The notes below the pieces were generated by a model, which searched no databases, was not told the DNA's origin, and was given only the letters and a program-made list of their open reading frames with translations. 64,000 bases of DNA from Marsupella aquatica (lineage: Eukaryota; Plantae; Marchantiophyta): assembly GCA_973895155.1 (NCBI GenBank), contig OZ316899.1, positions 4,157,241 through 4,221,240 on the forward strand, given 5' to 3'. Below, piece after piece: positions 23,189-35,860 of the stretch. The translations under genes were made by a program, and so were the position numbers. Numbering within the stretch: position 1 is the first letter of the stretch; each line of letters starts with the position of its first letter.

Positions 23189-25445
23189 AGTGGTGGACCT
23201 TGCCACCCAACGCCCTCACCAATCCCAACACTCATGCCTAAGTGCCCTTGGTGCCCAAACACCTCCACGGAATACCTCGAGCAAGCACGCTAGTGCCCTT
23301 TGCACCACCTGCAGCCCTCCCATACAAAGCCGCACTTGCTCACCTACATGACCGCTACTCAACGGCCCTCACTATCTTCACAAGCAACCAAGCACCTCGG
23401 TAAGTAACCCTTCAGGATCTAGAACTTGTCAAGTCTAGCATCCTAATTAAAGCTCAACAGACATTGGTAAATAGGTCAGCGATAGGTCCTCCCGATGCCA
23501 TAAGCCGGAACCAAAACCCACGCCCACTGTTCGTCCAGAACAGCTCCTTCCTTGGGTGCGGCCCGGGTTCCCCCTCGTACCTATCCATCACCAACTGACC
23601 GCTCTGACCCCAGGACATGCTCATGGCCCAAATAGCGTAGCTTGTCCTAAAGCTTGTCCCAAGCTTGTCCCAACACGCCGGGACCAAAACGGCCCCGACT
23701 CTAGCAACCAACTCCCGGTTTGCCCCATTGATGGTCTAGGGGCCGAGCACCTTTGGAACTCAGCCTCCACACCTACTTGGCCTTGCCTCCCCAATGCAAG
23801 CTCCCTTGGGAGACTGAATGCGGCTTGGCTACTGTTCGGCAGGATTGGGCAAGCGGGCGAGCTAATACCCGCAAACCATGAGAACCCTAAACCCCAGACC
23901 CAGAAAAGCTCAGGAGGGCGTAGCCCTCCTCAAGAGCTTTCCAACGCACCCAAGAAGTCCACCAACGGACTTCCCGTTGGGAAGATATCGCCATTTCCGT
24001 TTGGCGGTTTCCCTTAGTGTCGCGACCGCCGCGGCTCACGACTTCGGCTCGGCCTTAGCCCCCAGGGAGACACCACTCCTCTCACATATGCTTCTAGAGA
24101 CCTGCCACCCCTGGACCAGCTTTGGTCCCTAAACATTTGGCCCCCAACCAGGATCCTATCTCGCATAATGGGTGCACCACCAACTGGCAACGCTCATAAC
24201 TTTCCCGTTAGGCATCCGCAAGTGGAGTGCCTTAGCCCGTTGTGATCGGGCCAACCCAGTGCACATGCCTAGGCCCTCAGGTCTGATCGTCTCTTGGGGC
24301 CCCCGACCGGCCCAACCCGGATCGGGCCATAACTTGCGCCCCAAGCGCCCGTTGCCCATGGTATTGTAGCGGGGACTTAAAGTTAGGGGCTCCTCGGGCA
24401 AACTGCGCGTTTCTGGCTGCGATTGGGACAGGCGACAAGCACTTTTCGGAGCAAACTCTCACTCCTTTATATTTTTTACTTTTCTCACAAAGGTTACAAT
24501 GGGTGCCCTCGAGTAAGCTTGCCCGCAAGAGTCTGGTAGCTGGCCCTACGGCGGGCCACTACCTCTAACTTGTCGAGTTGAACTCCTCGAGTGACTAACT
24601 ACTCAAAATCTGATGGAAAAAGTTTCCTCCTTAGCTCAAAAAACCAAAACTCCACTAGTCTAAAGCAGCTCACACGAAACTCGGGCCTGGACCAACGAGG
24701 TTCCAAACTCATGAAATTCCCCGCCTGGATCCAAAACTCCACACTTGGATTGAAAACTCGCACATAACTCCAAAACCGCCGCACAATAGTCGAGTTCCGC
24801 AGAACAAAGCGGAACTCATAGAACGAGACTCAATAGATCTTAATAGACAACCGCCAAACTCAATGAGCCGAGGCTCAAGTCTTAAGTAGAATCGGAAACC
24901 CAACCTTCCAGCCCGAGCCAGCTGCCATCAGCGAGGCTCATCCAAACTCCAAGCCTAGTGACTCACCCAAACACCAAACCTGGTGACAACAAGTCACCCA
25001 ATCACCAAACCTCAATCCATCCAACCAAGCAGCCCCTCCAAGTCAGCATGCACGCAACCCAACCGGGAGGCCTCGCCCATCATCCCCTATAAAAGTCATT
25101 CGTGAGCCAAAATCTTTCGGCACGACAGCGTCAACTCCATTGGCCTTGGGCCCAAGAGGAGCTCACACTCAAGCCCCCAGAACTCAAAGTCCATGTGGAG
25201 GTCCAGACGGCCATCCTTGAGCCCTGCCCATTTCCCCTTGACTTGACGAGCTATCAGCTAGTCCAAGTCCTTGGTGTGTGTCCCCAGCTTGGCTCCTTGC
25301 CTCGCTAGTGCCACGTCTCATTGCCCACAAGTCTCCCCATGCTAAGTCCTCCCGGATGGCCTATCCAGGCCTGGACCATAAGGGAGCTCGGCGTCGGAGT
25401 CAGCGATGCCGGAGCTAAGTGTTAAGGTAGTCGAGTTCCGCGACT
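23189..25445 (-). repeat. Family-A LTR (minus strand, AGT...ACT) containing a solo B LTR
   Basis: Reverse complement of the 61196-62659 sequence, about 1.49 kb after removing the insert. Confidence 0.93.
24365..25127 (-). repeat. Solo LTR of family B (older, fewer internal repeats)
   Basis: Homologous to 2900-3751 with TG...CA ends. Flanks GTAT and GCGT are consistent with a CpG-decayed 4-bp TSD. Confidence 0.9.
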
Positions 25446-27103
25446 AGTTCTAAGCCAAGGATGAACCCCAAGGAAATGCGCTGGCAGATGTTCTTGGCAG
25501 ATTTTGATTTTGAAGTCCGTCACGTTCCGGGGAAGACAAACACGATAGCTGACGCATTATTGCGTAAGGACCAGCATCGTGTCAATGGGATCACGATGCT
25601 CGAATCTGAGTGGCCAAAGGTTCTAGCCACAACGTATGGGGATGACAGGTTAGCTAAGGAATGGCAAAGCAATGGGGGTAGCCAAGGCAAGGTAAGGCAC
25701 GTGTCATTGGGGTTGGATACAACGCATAATGTTCAGTTATGGCAATACAAGCAGAGGCGTGTGTACATACCAGAGTCTATAAGGTTAGAGGTTTTGCAAA
25801 AGTACCACAACTTGCCTTGGGGAGGGCACGGAGGACAAGCCGCTACGTATCACAGCATGTCGCGAGATGTGTATTGGCCGGACATGAAGCAATCGGTCTT
25901 TTGCCACGTGCAAAGTTGTTACTCGTGCCAAAAGAACCAAACGGTCTATAGGGCAAAAGGAGGACTTCTGCAACCCTTACCGGTAGCTACAGCTCCATGG
26001 GAGTTTATCTCCATGGACTTCATTGTTGGGTTACCTGAGTCCCACGGCAGTTACTCCATCTTAACAATCGTGGATTGTTTTTCCAAGATGGTATATTTTG
26101 TTGTCTACTACAAAAATGGTTTCGGCTCGAGAGGTTGCCGCTCTAGTGTTTGACAATGTCTTCCGACAATGGGGATTGTTGTTGCATATCCTGTCCGATC
26201 ATGATAACCAAGTTCACAAGCCATTTCTAGAAGGCGTTGTTCCGGTTATCCGGTACGGACCTGACTAGGGGATCAGCGTATCATCATGAGACAGATGGCC
26301 AAACGGAACGGGTGAATGGTATCGTGGAGGACTACTTGCATCACTTTGTGATGGCCAATCAAAAGGATTGGGCAAAGTACTTAACAATGGCCGAGTTTAG
26401 GTATAACTCGACCAAGCATTTGGCAACGGGGTTTGCGCCGTTTGTGTTGGCCACAGGGAGGACGCCAAGGGCGCCCTCCTAGTTTATAAATCCGGAAGCT
26501 TGGCGGAGGGAAAGCAAGGTTCCTTCTACAGAGAATTTTATTCAAGAGCGGCGCTTAGTTGTGGAAGCGACTACCAAGGGTATGACCCTTGCCAAAAGTC
26601 GGTACAAGGAGCAAGGGGATAAACATCGATGCCAGGTAAACTTTGAAATTGGGGAGAGCGTCTGGTTGCAATTGAGACCTAAGCAATACCATGGGAACAT
26701 AAGTAGGAAGCTGGCTCCTAGATATGCGGGGCCCTATTGTATCATACAATGGGCCCACAAGGATCATCCAGTTTTGGTGGTGTTGGAGACACCCAAGGAA
26801 ATGGGCGTGGGCAAAAGCTACCATGTCAGCCGGCTCAAGAAGTTTGTCAAAGACGATGATCCCAACCGGGATCAGGTCTTGCGTCCGGACGCCTTGCTGG
26901 TGGAGGACGCTGAGGAGTTTGAGGTGGAGGCAATTCTGGACCACCGTTACAAACGCAAGTTGGGAAGACAAGTCATAGAGTATTTGGTGAAGTGGGCTGG
27001 CTATGATCAGGCCGAGAGTACTTGGGAACCGGAAGAAAATTTGGGTAATGCCTCAGAGATCCTTGGAACCTATTGTAAGCAAAGCGGCCTACCGCCGTTG
27101 TGA
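25446..27103 (+). pseudogene. Element A pol, 3' half (RNase H end, integrase, chromodomain)
   Basis: RWQMFLADFDF, IADALLR, HHCC (HNLPWGGH...CYSCQ), SMDFIVGLP, DGQTER, YAGPY, and chromodomain FEVEAILDH...YLVKWAGY...TWEPEENL. Confidence 0.94.
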
Positions 27104-27528
27104 ACTGGTACAGACAATTGTAGCTACCTTTGTGAGTTGTATCCTAGTTTCACTCCTCTTGGCCTCTTAAGGATAAAGTCGGATTGCATTGGGGCTAGAG
27201 GTTGTTGGGCGGCCGATTTGTTTTTTGCCAGTGGAAGTAGATGGTGCCCGCCTTACATCTGTGGGCGGGCTAGTTTGAACTAAAGGGGAGTACCCCAAGG
27301 GGAGAACAATGGGTCTGACGAGTTTGGAGTTAGCTTACCCGATTGGACTAGCATCCTTCTTGGATAAGTGGGATAGGTTGGAATTTCCTAAGTCTGGAAT
27401 GCGCATACCAACCTGGTTTGCATCAGCCTTATGGGCAAACCATTTGTAACCTCATAAAATTTTTAAGGCCCAAAGTGGTCTAGGCGTGTTGGAACGTTTA
27501 CAGAGGTCACGCAAATGTGACCATTTTT

Positions 27529-27540
27529 AAGGGGGGGTGC
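27529..27540 (+). other. Element A polypurine tract
   Basis: AAGGGGGGGTGC immediately before the AGTTGCGG LTR start at 27542. Confidence 0.8.
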
Positions 27541-29023
27541 AAGTTGCGGAACTCAACTACCTTAACACTTAGCTCTGGCGTTGCTGACTCCAACGCCGAG
27601 CTCCCTTATGGTCCAGGCCCGGATAGGCCATCCGGGGAGGACTTAGCATGGGAAGACTTGTGAGCAATGAGACGTGGCGCTAGCGAAGGCAAGGAGCCAA
27701 GCTAATGACACACACTAAGGACTTGGGCTAGCTGAGAGCTGGTCGGGTCAAGGGGAAATGGGCCGGGCTCAAGGATGACCGTCCGGACCTCCAGATGGAC
27801 CTTGAGTTCTGAGGGCTTGGGTGTGAGCTCGTCTTGGGCCCAAGGCCCGTGGAGTTGACGCCATGGGCAACGGACGCTTGGGGCATGAGTTATGGCCCGG
27901 TCCGGGTTGGGCCGATTGAGGACCTCGAGCGGCGATGAGACCTGAGGACCTAGGCATGAGCACTGGGTCGGCCCGATCACAACGGGCTAAGGCACTCTGC
28001 TTGGGCGCTCCTCCATATCGGACGACTTGCCCAACCCCAAAACCCGCGTGATAATGACATCGTCTTGGGTTGCAAGGACACGTATGGAGAGAGTTATGGG
28101 CGTTGCCAGTTGGTGGCGCGCCCATTATGCGCGATAGAATCCGGGTTGGGGGCCAAATGTTTAGGGACCAAAGCTGGTCCGGGGTTGGCAGGTTTCCAGA
28201 AGCATATATGAGGGGAGTGGTGTCTCCCTGGGGGGTAAGGGCGAGCCGAAGTCGTGAGCCACGGCAGTCGCGACACTAAGGGAAATCACTAAACGGAAAC
28301 AGCGATATCTTCCCAATGGGACATCTGTTGGAGGAATTCTTGGGTGCGTTGGAAAGCTCTCAAGGAGGGCTATGCCCTCCTGAGCTCATATGGGTCTGCA
28401 GCACCATGTGTTCTTGGGATTTTTGGGTGTTAACTCGCCTGCTTGCCAAATCTTGCCGAATAACAGCCAAACCGTGTTCAGTTTCCCTAGGGAGCTTGCG
28501 TCGAGGAGGCAAGGCCAAGTAGGTGTCACAACTACATTTTTGCATTTCAGGACCAGGTTTAACCTAACCCAAGATGACGTTCCTTCCATTAATGTCGGAC
28601 TATACGTTGTTAAGCTCCGGACTGTTGTTGGATGTCGTTTGGAGTTCCGACGGGATCAAATAACGTCGATTTGTGTGACGTTAACTTTACGTCCTTTAAG
28701 ACACGGTAAGTTACCTCGTATCTTATGTTGTACCTCACATTATGTCTTACTAGACGTGGTAACTTACCTGTTCCTGAAAGACGTAAATGAGAACGATGTA
28801 TAGGACGACATTCTTAAGTTTAGGCGTTTGGAATGATGTATTCGCAGATGCATCATCATAGAATACCATACGTGCATCGGGAAAAACAACGTTAATTCCA
28901 CATATTAGCGGAGGACAGACTCAACTATAGGCGGGAGGCTCACTATAGCCAGCATTCTAGAGTGAAGACATCAAAGGTCCTCAGTGTAGAGAAGTTGAAC
29001 CATGGGAGGCAAAGTGTTCAGCT

Positions 29024-29584
29024 ATGGTGCAGAAGTTCTTTGCAAATGTGCATTGTTGTTTCCTCCCGCTTGGTGAGGAGGAGAAGATGGTTCGAGGGTT
29101 CTTTTGCCGTGGAGGGCTTGTTGACAAGCTATGTACCTCACAGACCAATTTCTTGATTGCAAATACGTGGAAACAAGTTGTGGAGCACTTCAGTGACTAT
29201 GGTGGCTTGATCAAGCATTTTGCTGAAACCGTGCATTTCATCTCTACTCGGTGGGTAGAGTGCTCCATTCTTGCCAACAGGCAGTTGGATCCAGGAGAGT
29301 TCTTGTTGCATCCGAGCAGTGATTGTGGTCTGGAAGATTTGCCCGAGGATGATGACGGTGAGGCCTACCCTCCCACCTTGTCTAAATGTGACCTGTCATC
29401 CACTAAAGTTCAGATTGCTATGTTTGATTACAAGGAAAGTTGTGCAGCCAAGGTGGAGGCTCAAAGGCTACAGGCCGGTGAAGCTGTTGTGCGGAAGAAT
29501 TGGAATGCCAGCCAAAGGCGTGCTTCGTACAAGAAGAGGAAAGCGGACGAGGAGTACTACTGGTCTGGAGAAGGGACTCTGTAA
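29024..29584 (+). CDS. BRCT-like domain protein (CACTA cargo)
   Basis: GGLV...TNFLIA...VHFISTRWVECSILANRQLDPGEFLL fits the BRCT helix-3 W-x-x-x-C/S pattern. Confidence 0.6.
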   Translation: MVQKFFANVHCCFLPLGEEEKMVRGFFCRGGLVDKLCTSQTNFLIANTWKQVVEHFSDYGGLIKHFAETVHFISTRWVECSILANRQLDPGEFLLHPSSDCGLEDLPEDDDGEAYPPTLSKCDLSSTKVQIAMFDYKESCAAKVEAQRLQAGEAVVRKNWNASQRRASYKKRKADEEYYWSGEGTL

Positions 29585-29686
29585 ATCGAGAAAATAATTA
29601 AGTAGAATTAGTAGAGAAACATCAAGCGGAAGATAATAGATCAAGTATTTAAGGGGATCCGTGGCAGGTAGGAATAGCTTAGTAAG

Positions 29687-30154
29687 ATGGCTGGGAGACT
29701 AACATTAGAAGGCACAAAATTTTTTGCTATATGGAGTAGTATTGGATTAGGGTTTTGCTATGAAGGATGCGATACCAAGCTAGGAGACGACAGAGATTGC
29801 GCTCTGGGGGTGAAAGCAAGACAACAAAGGCAAACGGAAGAAGAACAATCGAATGTTTTCAGTAGGGATCGAGGCACTCATATGTGCAAGCTCGTAGGAG
29901 AGGGGAAGCCCATGTTCTGATTTATGATCCGCCTTAGGGAGGGAGACTGCCGAGTATGGAATGAAGCAGGGCAGCAGCTTTTCGGCATGAATGGTGAAAC
30001 TTTCCAACAACAGTTGACTACTCAAGAAGCAGTTGAAGAATTTTGCAGGGGAATCATGTCATCAAAGTGGAACTTGATGTTGGGACGAGAACTTGATCAA
30101 CGGCAACGTCACTGCTGGAGGCTAATTGCCGTTGAACGAGTAATCATTTTCTAG
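29687..30154 (+). pseudogene. RPA70 C-terminal-like OB-fold/zinc-ribbon protein (CACTA cargo), one in-frame TGA
   Basis: CYEGCDTKL...C...C...F*FMIRL...VWNEAGQQLFGMNGETF. ORFs 29687-29920 and 29924-30154 are in the same frame. Confidence 0.55.
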
Positions 30155-31138
30155 AACTTTAGTGAACCAGAAGATCCATTGAATGTCTATCATGTGACAT
30201 CAGAATTGAGAAACTTAACCATTGGCAGTTCAGAAACCACGGCTTCAACCACCAATTGCTTACACAGATGTTCGATGCAATAGTCTCAGTTAAACAGAGT
30301 ATACCAATCGGGAACTACAGATTGCGATTTAGTAACCGCAAAACAGCAGTTTATTAACTGCTATGCAGTTGTGTTCGATTAGTAAGTTAGATAACCATTT
30401 TGTTAGTCAGGCAGTTGGAAACCGATAATTTTGCCGGAAGATAGTATTTAAGGCAGGCAAGAGCGTAGAACAGGGTGTCACTTTTGCAATAGGTAATCTG
30501 ATTGAAAGGCGAAGCCAGACTTTCCTTAAGATGATCAGTAGATCTATTTAAGTGTTCCCTACTCAGATGTGAGTAGAATTTTGATGTTGAGAAGTAAAGA
30601 AATCATTACGGCACAACCTGATGAATTGTTCTTGGATGAGCCCATTGTTGAGAGAGTCTACCGGAAGAGATAGTGATTGATTGCGAGAGTAAGAACTAAG
30701 AGTGAATGGATTCAGAAATTGAGGAGAGGGAAAATTAAAGAGAAGATTGAGTAAAACAATCGGAATTATAAAGAAAGTTAAATCTGTTGAAGTTATAAAC
30801 CAAGGATTAGATAGAAGTATGTTAAGACGGTCATATTCCGACCGCAGGAATGAATGAAGATTAATTCACTCAGAGTGAACACGTTGAGGAGTAACACCTT
30901 GCAGAATCAAACCAACAGACAACTCATAAGTAGTGGAGTTTGGCTGAAGTGTGTGTGTGTTTCGAGAATGACAATCTAATTGTCATACACCTGCAGCATA
31001 ATGGAGTAATCATTGAATTGGCATTCTACTTATGAATAGCCTTTCTTGATCTACTTCGTAGCATAAGTAATTGATCGAACTCCTGGTGGGAGCATCAATG
31101 AGACAATTGGATCTAATCAGATCACAATCACTGGAAGC

Positions 31139-31458
31139 ATGAATACTAACAACGAGGATAGGAAGAATTCCTCACTAATTAGGCTTAGGCCAATTGAATT
31201 GTGGATCTGTTTGATTGGTTCGCACCTAATTACTTGTCGGCTAAGGGAAGAGAGTATTCCAATTTGTATTTTCACTTATCGTGAGTGGTGTGGATTTATA
31301 GAAATTATATACAGGGAAGGATAGTATTAATTGAGTCGATCGTACCCAGGAAGTGGAAAGAAGAAGTAGACATTGAAGAACATTCAGCGGAAATTACAGG
31401 TTCAAAGTATGAAAATGATTTACTAGATTACCCTGTTGTTGGACAATTAATCGGTTAA
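31139..31458 (+). pseudogene. Small conserved cargo ORF (~106 aa, one frameshift)
   Basis: Protein-level homolog of the intact ORF 63561-63881. Confidence 0.7.
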
Positions 31459-34400
31459 TACAAAAGTGAATGAATAGAGAAGGGTTATGTTGAGTTAATC
31501 GTAGGGAAGAATTAGTGTTTAACAGACTCATTAATCAACATCAGTCTGGAGGGAGGGTGTAGAGGGATGACCATGACTCATGTACGCTACATTTGCAGTA
31601 GAAAGGATGGTAGAGCTATTGTGTATCTCTATTTGGTCTATGTGCAACAATAAACACATCCATGAGTGCTATTTGTCGCAACAATTGTGTGGTTTGAATG
31701 TTGTATCTTTTTCCTGTGATTAACGTTGAAGAAAGTTTAGTACGTTGACTGAAACGTCGTATCTAAATTATTAACGTCATTCTACTCGAGGTAATATATT
31801 TTTGTCGCGCCATACATCATTAAGAATGTCGATTTTATCGTGTTACGAAGTATAGAACGACGTTATTAATCCCTTATAACGTCGGCTGATGGTTTGGTAC
31901 ACGATGTTAACTCCCGTTATGTCAAATTTGCGTAGCTATAAATGACATTAGAGTATTTGGCATCGACATAAAATTGGTCGGACAACGTTAATGACAGTTA
32001 TCCCTTGTAGTAGAAGGCCGAGGGATCATGTCCATAAATGTATGGTTGTTACTTGTTTCTTTACCAAGTGATTAACAAGCCCATCCCACTCTCCAAATTG
32101 ACAGATGCCTAGGCCATGAAATATGTCTATTTATATGCAAATCGTGACAACAGTCAATACAAATGGGGATAGTGAGTCTATCATGTCAATCCTCATTGTC
32201 TACAATAGTTGATGGCATGAAGCCCTTCCTACGGCGTGGAAAGATGGGAATCACAATGGACCATCAATGATGTTCTGTACATCAATGGGAATGAATGTAG
32301 GGCCATGCACTGCAAGGAGCCCCTCCATGCGCTCCAAGGCCCATATGCGAAATGATGCATGAACACGGTCTTGTGCTGCCCCTATCCGCTGCTGCTCCAC
32401 CCATGCCCTACAAGTACTGGGTCACATATACATTAGATCCCAATTTGTGCCAACAACCTTGAATGTACATTTTAAATCTAAGTAGGACTCAACATGAAGG
32501 ATTACGTCCCTACCTATACAACTCTCTCCAATCTGACATCTCGGTGCGGTTCTCCAACACATAATTGTGGATCTGTCGGCGAAAAATGTCATCATGTAAT
32601 GATCGCTTCTTTGACGCGCCCATCACTCGCAACCCACCATTGTCATCATCTTGTGCCTCTTCCCAAGCTATGGGAGCTTGTGTGTCCAAACTCCCTATCA
32701 CCCCGCTTGAGTAGAACAGGCACTCTGACATAATATACCATGTTGCCATACTTTCCTCTGGTCGAGCGGGTTGGTGCACCCGAGACTTTAGCACTTTCAT
32801 GAACCGCTCTACCCAATACATCCACCGCGCATGCACTGGACCAGCAATGGCTACCTCATCCACCAGATGACATAGCAAATGCAACTGCATGTCAAAAATA
32901 CATGGGGGAAACACCTTCTCCATATTGCACATAACACGGGCAGACCGTTCCCTCATCTCGGGAATCTCACTCTCCTTTATTTCCTTGGCGTATACCCACG
33001 TGTAAGGGGTACTCAAGATTTTGTCAAATTATTAGTATGATAAACATATGCAATGATCACATCATAAATATATGCCAACAAGACTATGCTAACCTGAAAA
33101 TGGAGCACAACTCATATACTGTATGTCGGAGTAGGCGTCGCTCTCTAGAATCATCACAACAACGCAAGACAACAGGTAACACATGCTGAATCAACTTGTG
33201 ATAATCGTGAGACTTCAAGCCTATTGGGGGTATGTGGGCTTCCCTTGTAGTGCACCCACGGAAGCCGGCTCCGTAATGGCTAGGGAACTTCATTTCACAT
33301 ATCATCCCGTTCATCTCCTTCAAAATCTGTTTTGGCAAAACCCAAGGAGCAGGTGGCTTCTCCCCATCTTGAGTTATCCAACAACTCTTGACCACTCCAA
33401 CCTGCTTTGCATCCTCTTGGACCCCGCAAGTATCATTCATCCCATAAATGTGCTTCACCAGGTTCTTGGCAACATTTACTCCAATATGCATGGGGTCCAA
33501 CAACCATCGGATCTGGAGCCTCTACAAGATGAAGAACCAGGTTTTGCTAGTGAGAAACTCACAAATAGAATACTACAAGTCACTAACTTAATCTGATTTT
33601 ACTTACCCTCCAATAAGGCAAGTCCCACAAAGCTGAGTGACGATTGACACCACAGTGCTTAGGTTGAAGTAACTTTGCCTCCACTTTCTCCGCCATTTGA
33701 ATTTGACCCTCAGCTGAAGGCCCATTGGGACATGGCCTAAACTCAGTCTTAGCCCAATGTGTGGTGTTATGTCGCAATATATCATCCATTGGCAAACGAA
33801 CCCTATTTCCCTCATATGTGGTTTTGTGCAGTCGCTTAAAGTATCTCCCATGCAACTCAGGACCACATGAAGGGCAAGCTGAATAACCGGCCACTTTCAA
33901 GCCAAATATTGTGCCCATACCTGTCAATGACATTTAAAACATTGTCACATGCAATAGAACCATGCACAATGTATGTCTCAATTATTTCTATGACTGAGAA
34001 TTACCTGGACCATCCGTGGTGCAATGGGTGGTCATTGCTCTCATATTAAATGTCCTCCCATTATCCGGTGTACGAGTCACATCTGTGGTCACTACCCCAA
34101 ACTCCCATAGCTTCTACAACTCTTCATAAGCTGGAGCCAAACAAATGTCTGGATTCTTACAGGCCTGAGGACCCGGAATGATAGCAAGGAGGAGAACATG
34201 ACCCTTCTTCATCGCCAACCATGGAGGGATATTTTGATTGAGCAAAAGAACTGGCCATATGGACTTAGGCTTCCGTCGTTGCTTGTATGGGTTTACCCCA
34301 TCTATTGCTAACCCCAATCAAACGTTCCTTGGCTCCCTAGAAAAATCCGGCCAAGTGCTGTCGATGTGCTCCCATGCTTGACTATCGTGATGATACCGCA

Positions 34401-35711
34401 TAATCCCTGGTGGAGATTTGTTCTCAGCATGCCACGTTTGAAGTGCTGATAAATGTTTCCATCGATAAAGATGCTATAGTCGGGGTGTGATCGGGAAATA
34501 CCTGAAGACCTGCCATAAACAGTGTTACAACCATCACTTCGACATTAAATCAAATTTAACATCGTCTCACACGATGTAAATACACCCGTACAACGTAACA
34601 TACGACGTAAAGTTTCTCAGCAATGTTAGTAACGTCGGCTACTTCATTTTACATCTTAATAAACGACATAAATATATGTCTACCATGTAACAGACGACAT
34701 AAAAAACTAATTGGTCATTTGGAGACGTAAGTTACATCTTTAGAAAGGATGTACGTGTGCATACGTCATAAATGACGAGGAAAATGGGCAAAACTATGTT
34801 TAAATAATTGAAACAACATTCTATCAAACATAACACCGCCAGGAGGAGGAGGACATCACCTTCTCTAGGATGTTTTCGTTGATGGTATCCGGTCGGTACC
34901 GTGGAAGCTTACATTGTGCCTCTGGGCACTCTGTATGCTCAGAGTATGTCCCTCTGTACATGATGCAACCACTTGGACACATGTGGATAGTCTCTAAAGT
35001 CAATCCAATTGAGGTTAACAACTTCTTAGCTTCCCTCACACACCCAGGGAGAGTGTTTGGTTGGGGCAAGAGTTTTTTGTGGAAAGCTGGAATAGTGCAT
35101 CTGTATGGACGTCTAAAGTGTTGAAAACTCCCTGCAAATTCAACATATTCAACAAAGTGGCACCCAACCTGATTTGTGAAACCAGGGAATTGTATGCAAT
35201 TAGTTTGAGGCATGACATTGGGTGTGGTAAGTAATGGTCGACACATTCACTAGCTAGTTGGGCTGGGGCATGTGAGACCTCTAAAAAACCAAAAAACAAT
35301 AAATTTATGGTAGTGGAGTGCTTTCTCCCTTAGTCCAAGGTAGATCAAGAGTTAAAATAGTAGTTAGAGAAGGTTTATATGGCCTCTTATGAGTTTTTGG
35401 ACTTAAAAATATATATTTTTGAAATGATGACACCATTTCAGGAATCCTCCGACCAAAACTAGACCTTACTTGGGCAAGAAAATATATGTTCTAAAAATAA
35501 TAATTTGGCTTAGGGTTGAGGAGTTATAGCTATAAATAAATTTTCATACCAAAATATACGGAAAATATCTTATAGCAATGGATAGGAAAATAATTCAAGC
35601 CATTATATTTTCAGATTTCCAAGATATTAGAGAAAAGGTAAAAACATGAAATTACCATAGTCAAAAGTTAACTAGGTAGGTAGGTGGCAAAGACTTCACC
35701 AATTGACCGAG

Positions 35712-35860
35712 CTACTTGGTCCTTGGTCCTTGGTGGGCTATCTACTACCTGGTCCTTGGTCCTTGGTGGGCTATCTACTACCTTGTCCTTGGTCCTTGGT
35801 GGGCTATCTACTACCTAGTCCTTGGTCCTTGGTCCTTGGTGGGCTACCTGGTCTTTGGTC
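35712..35860. repeat. 33-bp tandem repeat (~4 units) built from CCTTGGT subunits, in TnpD intron 2
   Basis: CCTTGGTCCTTGGTGGGCTATCTACTACCTGGT units. Confidence 0.9.

Noticed and set aside
30180-31130. Additional cargo ORF inside the CACTA
   Set aside because: It has coding-like composition, but no frame or motif could be reconstructed.
35712-35860. CRISPR-like array (also 57915-58165 and the LTR tandem repeats)
   Set aside because: There are no unique spacers, no cas genes, and the context is eukaryotic TE DNA.
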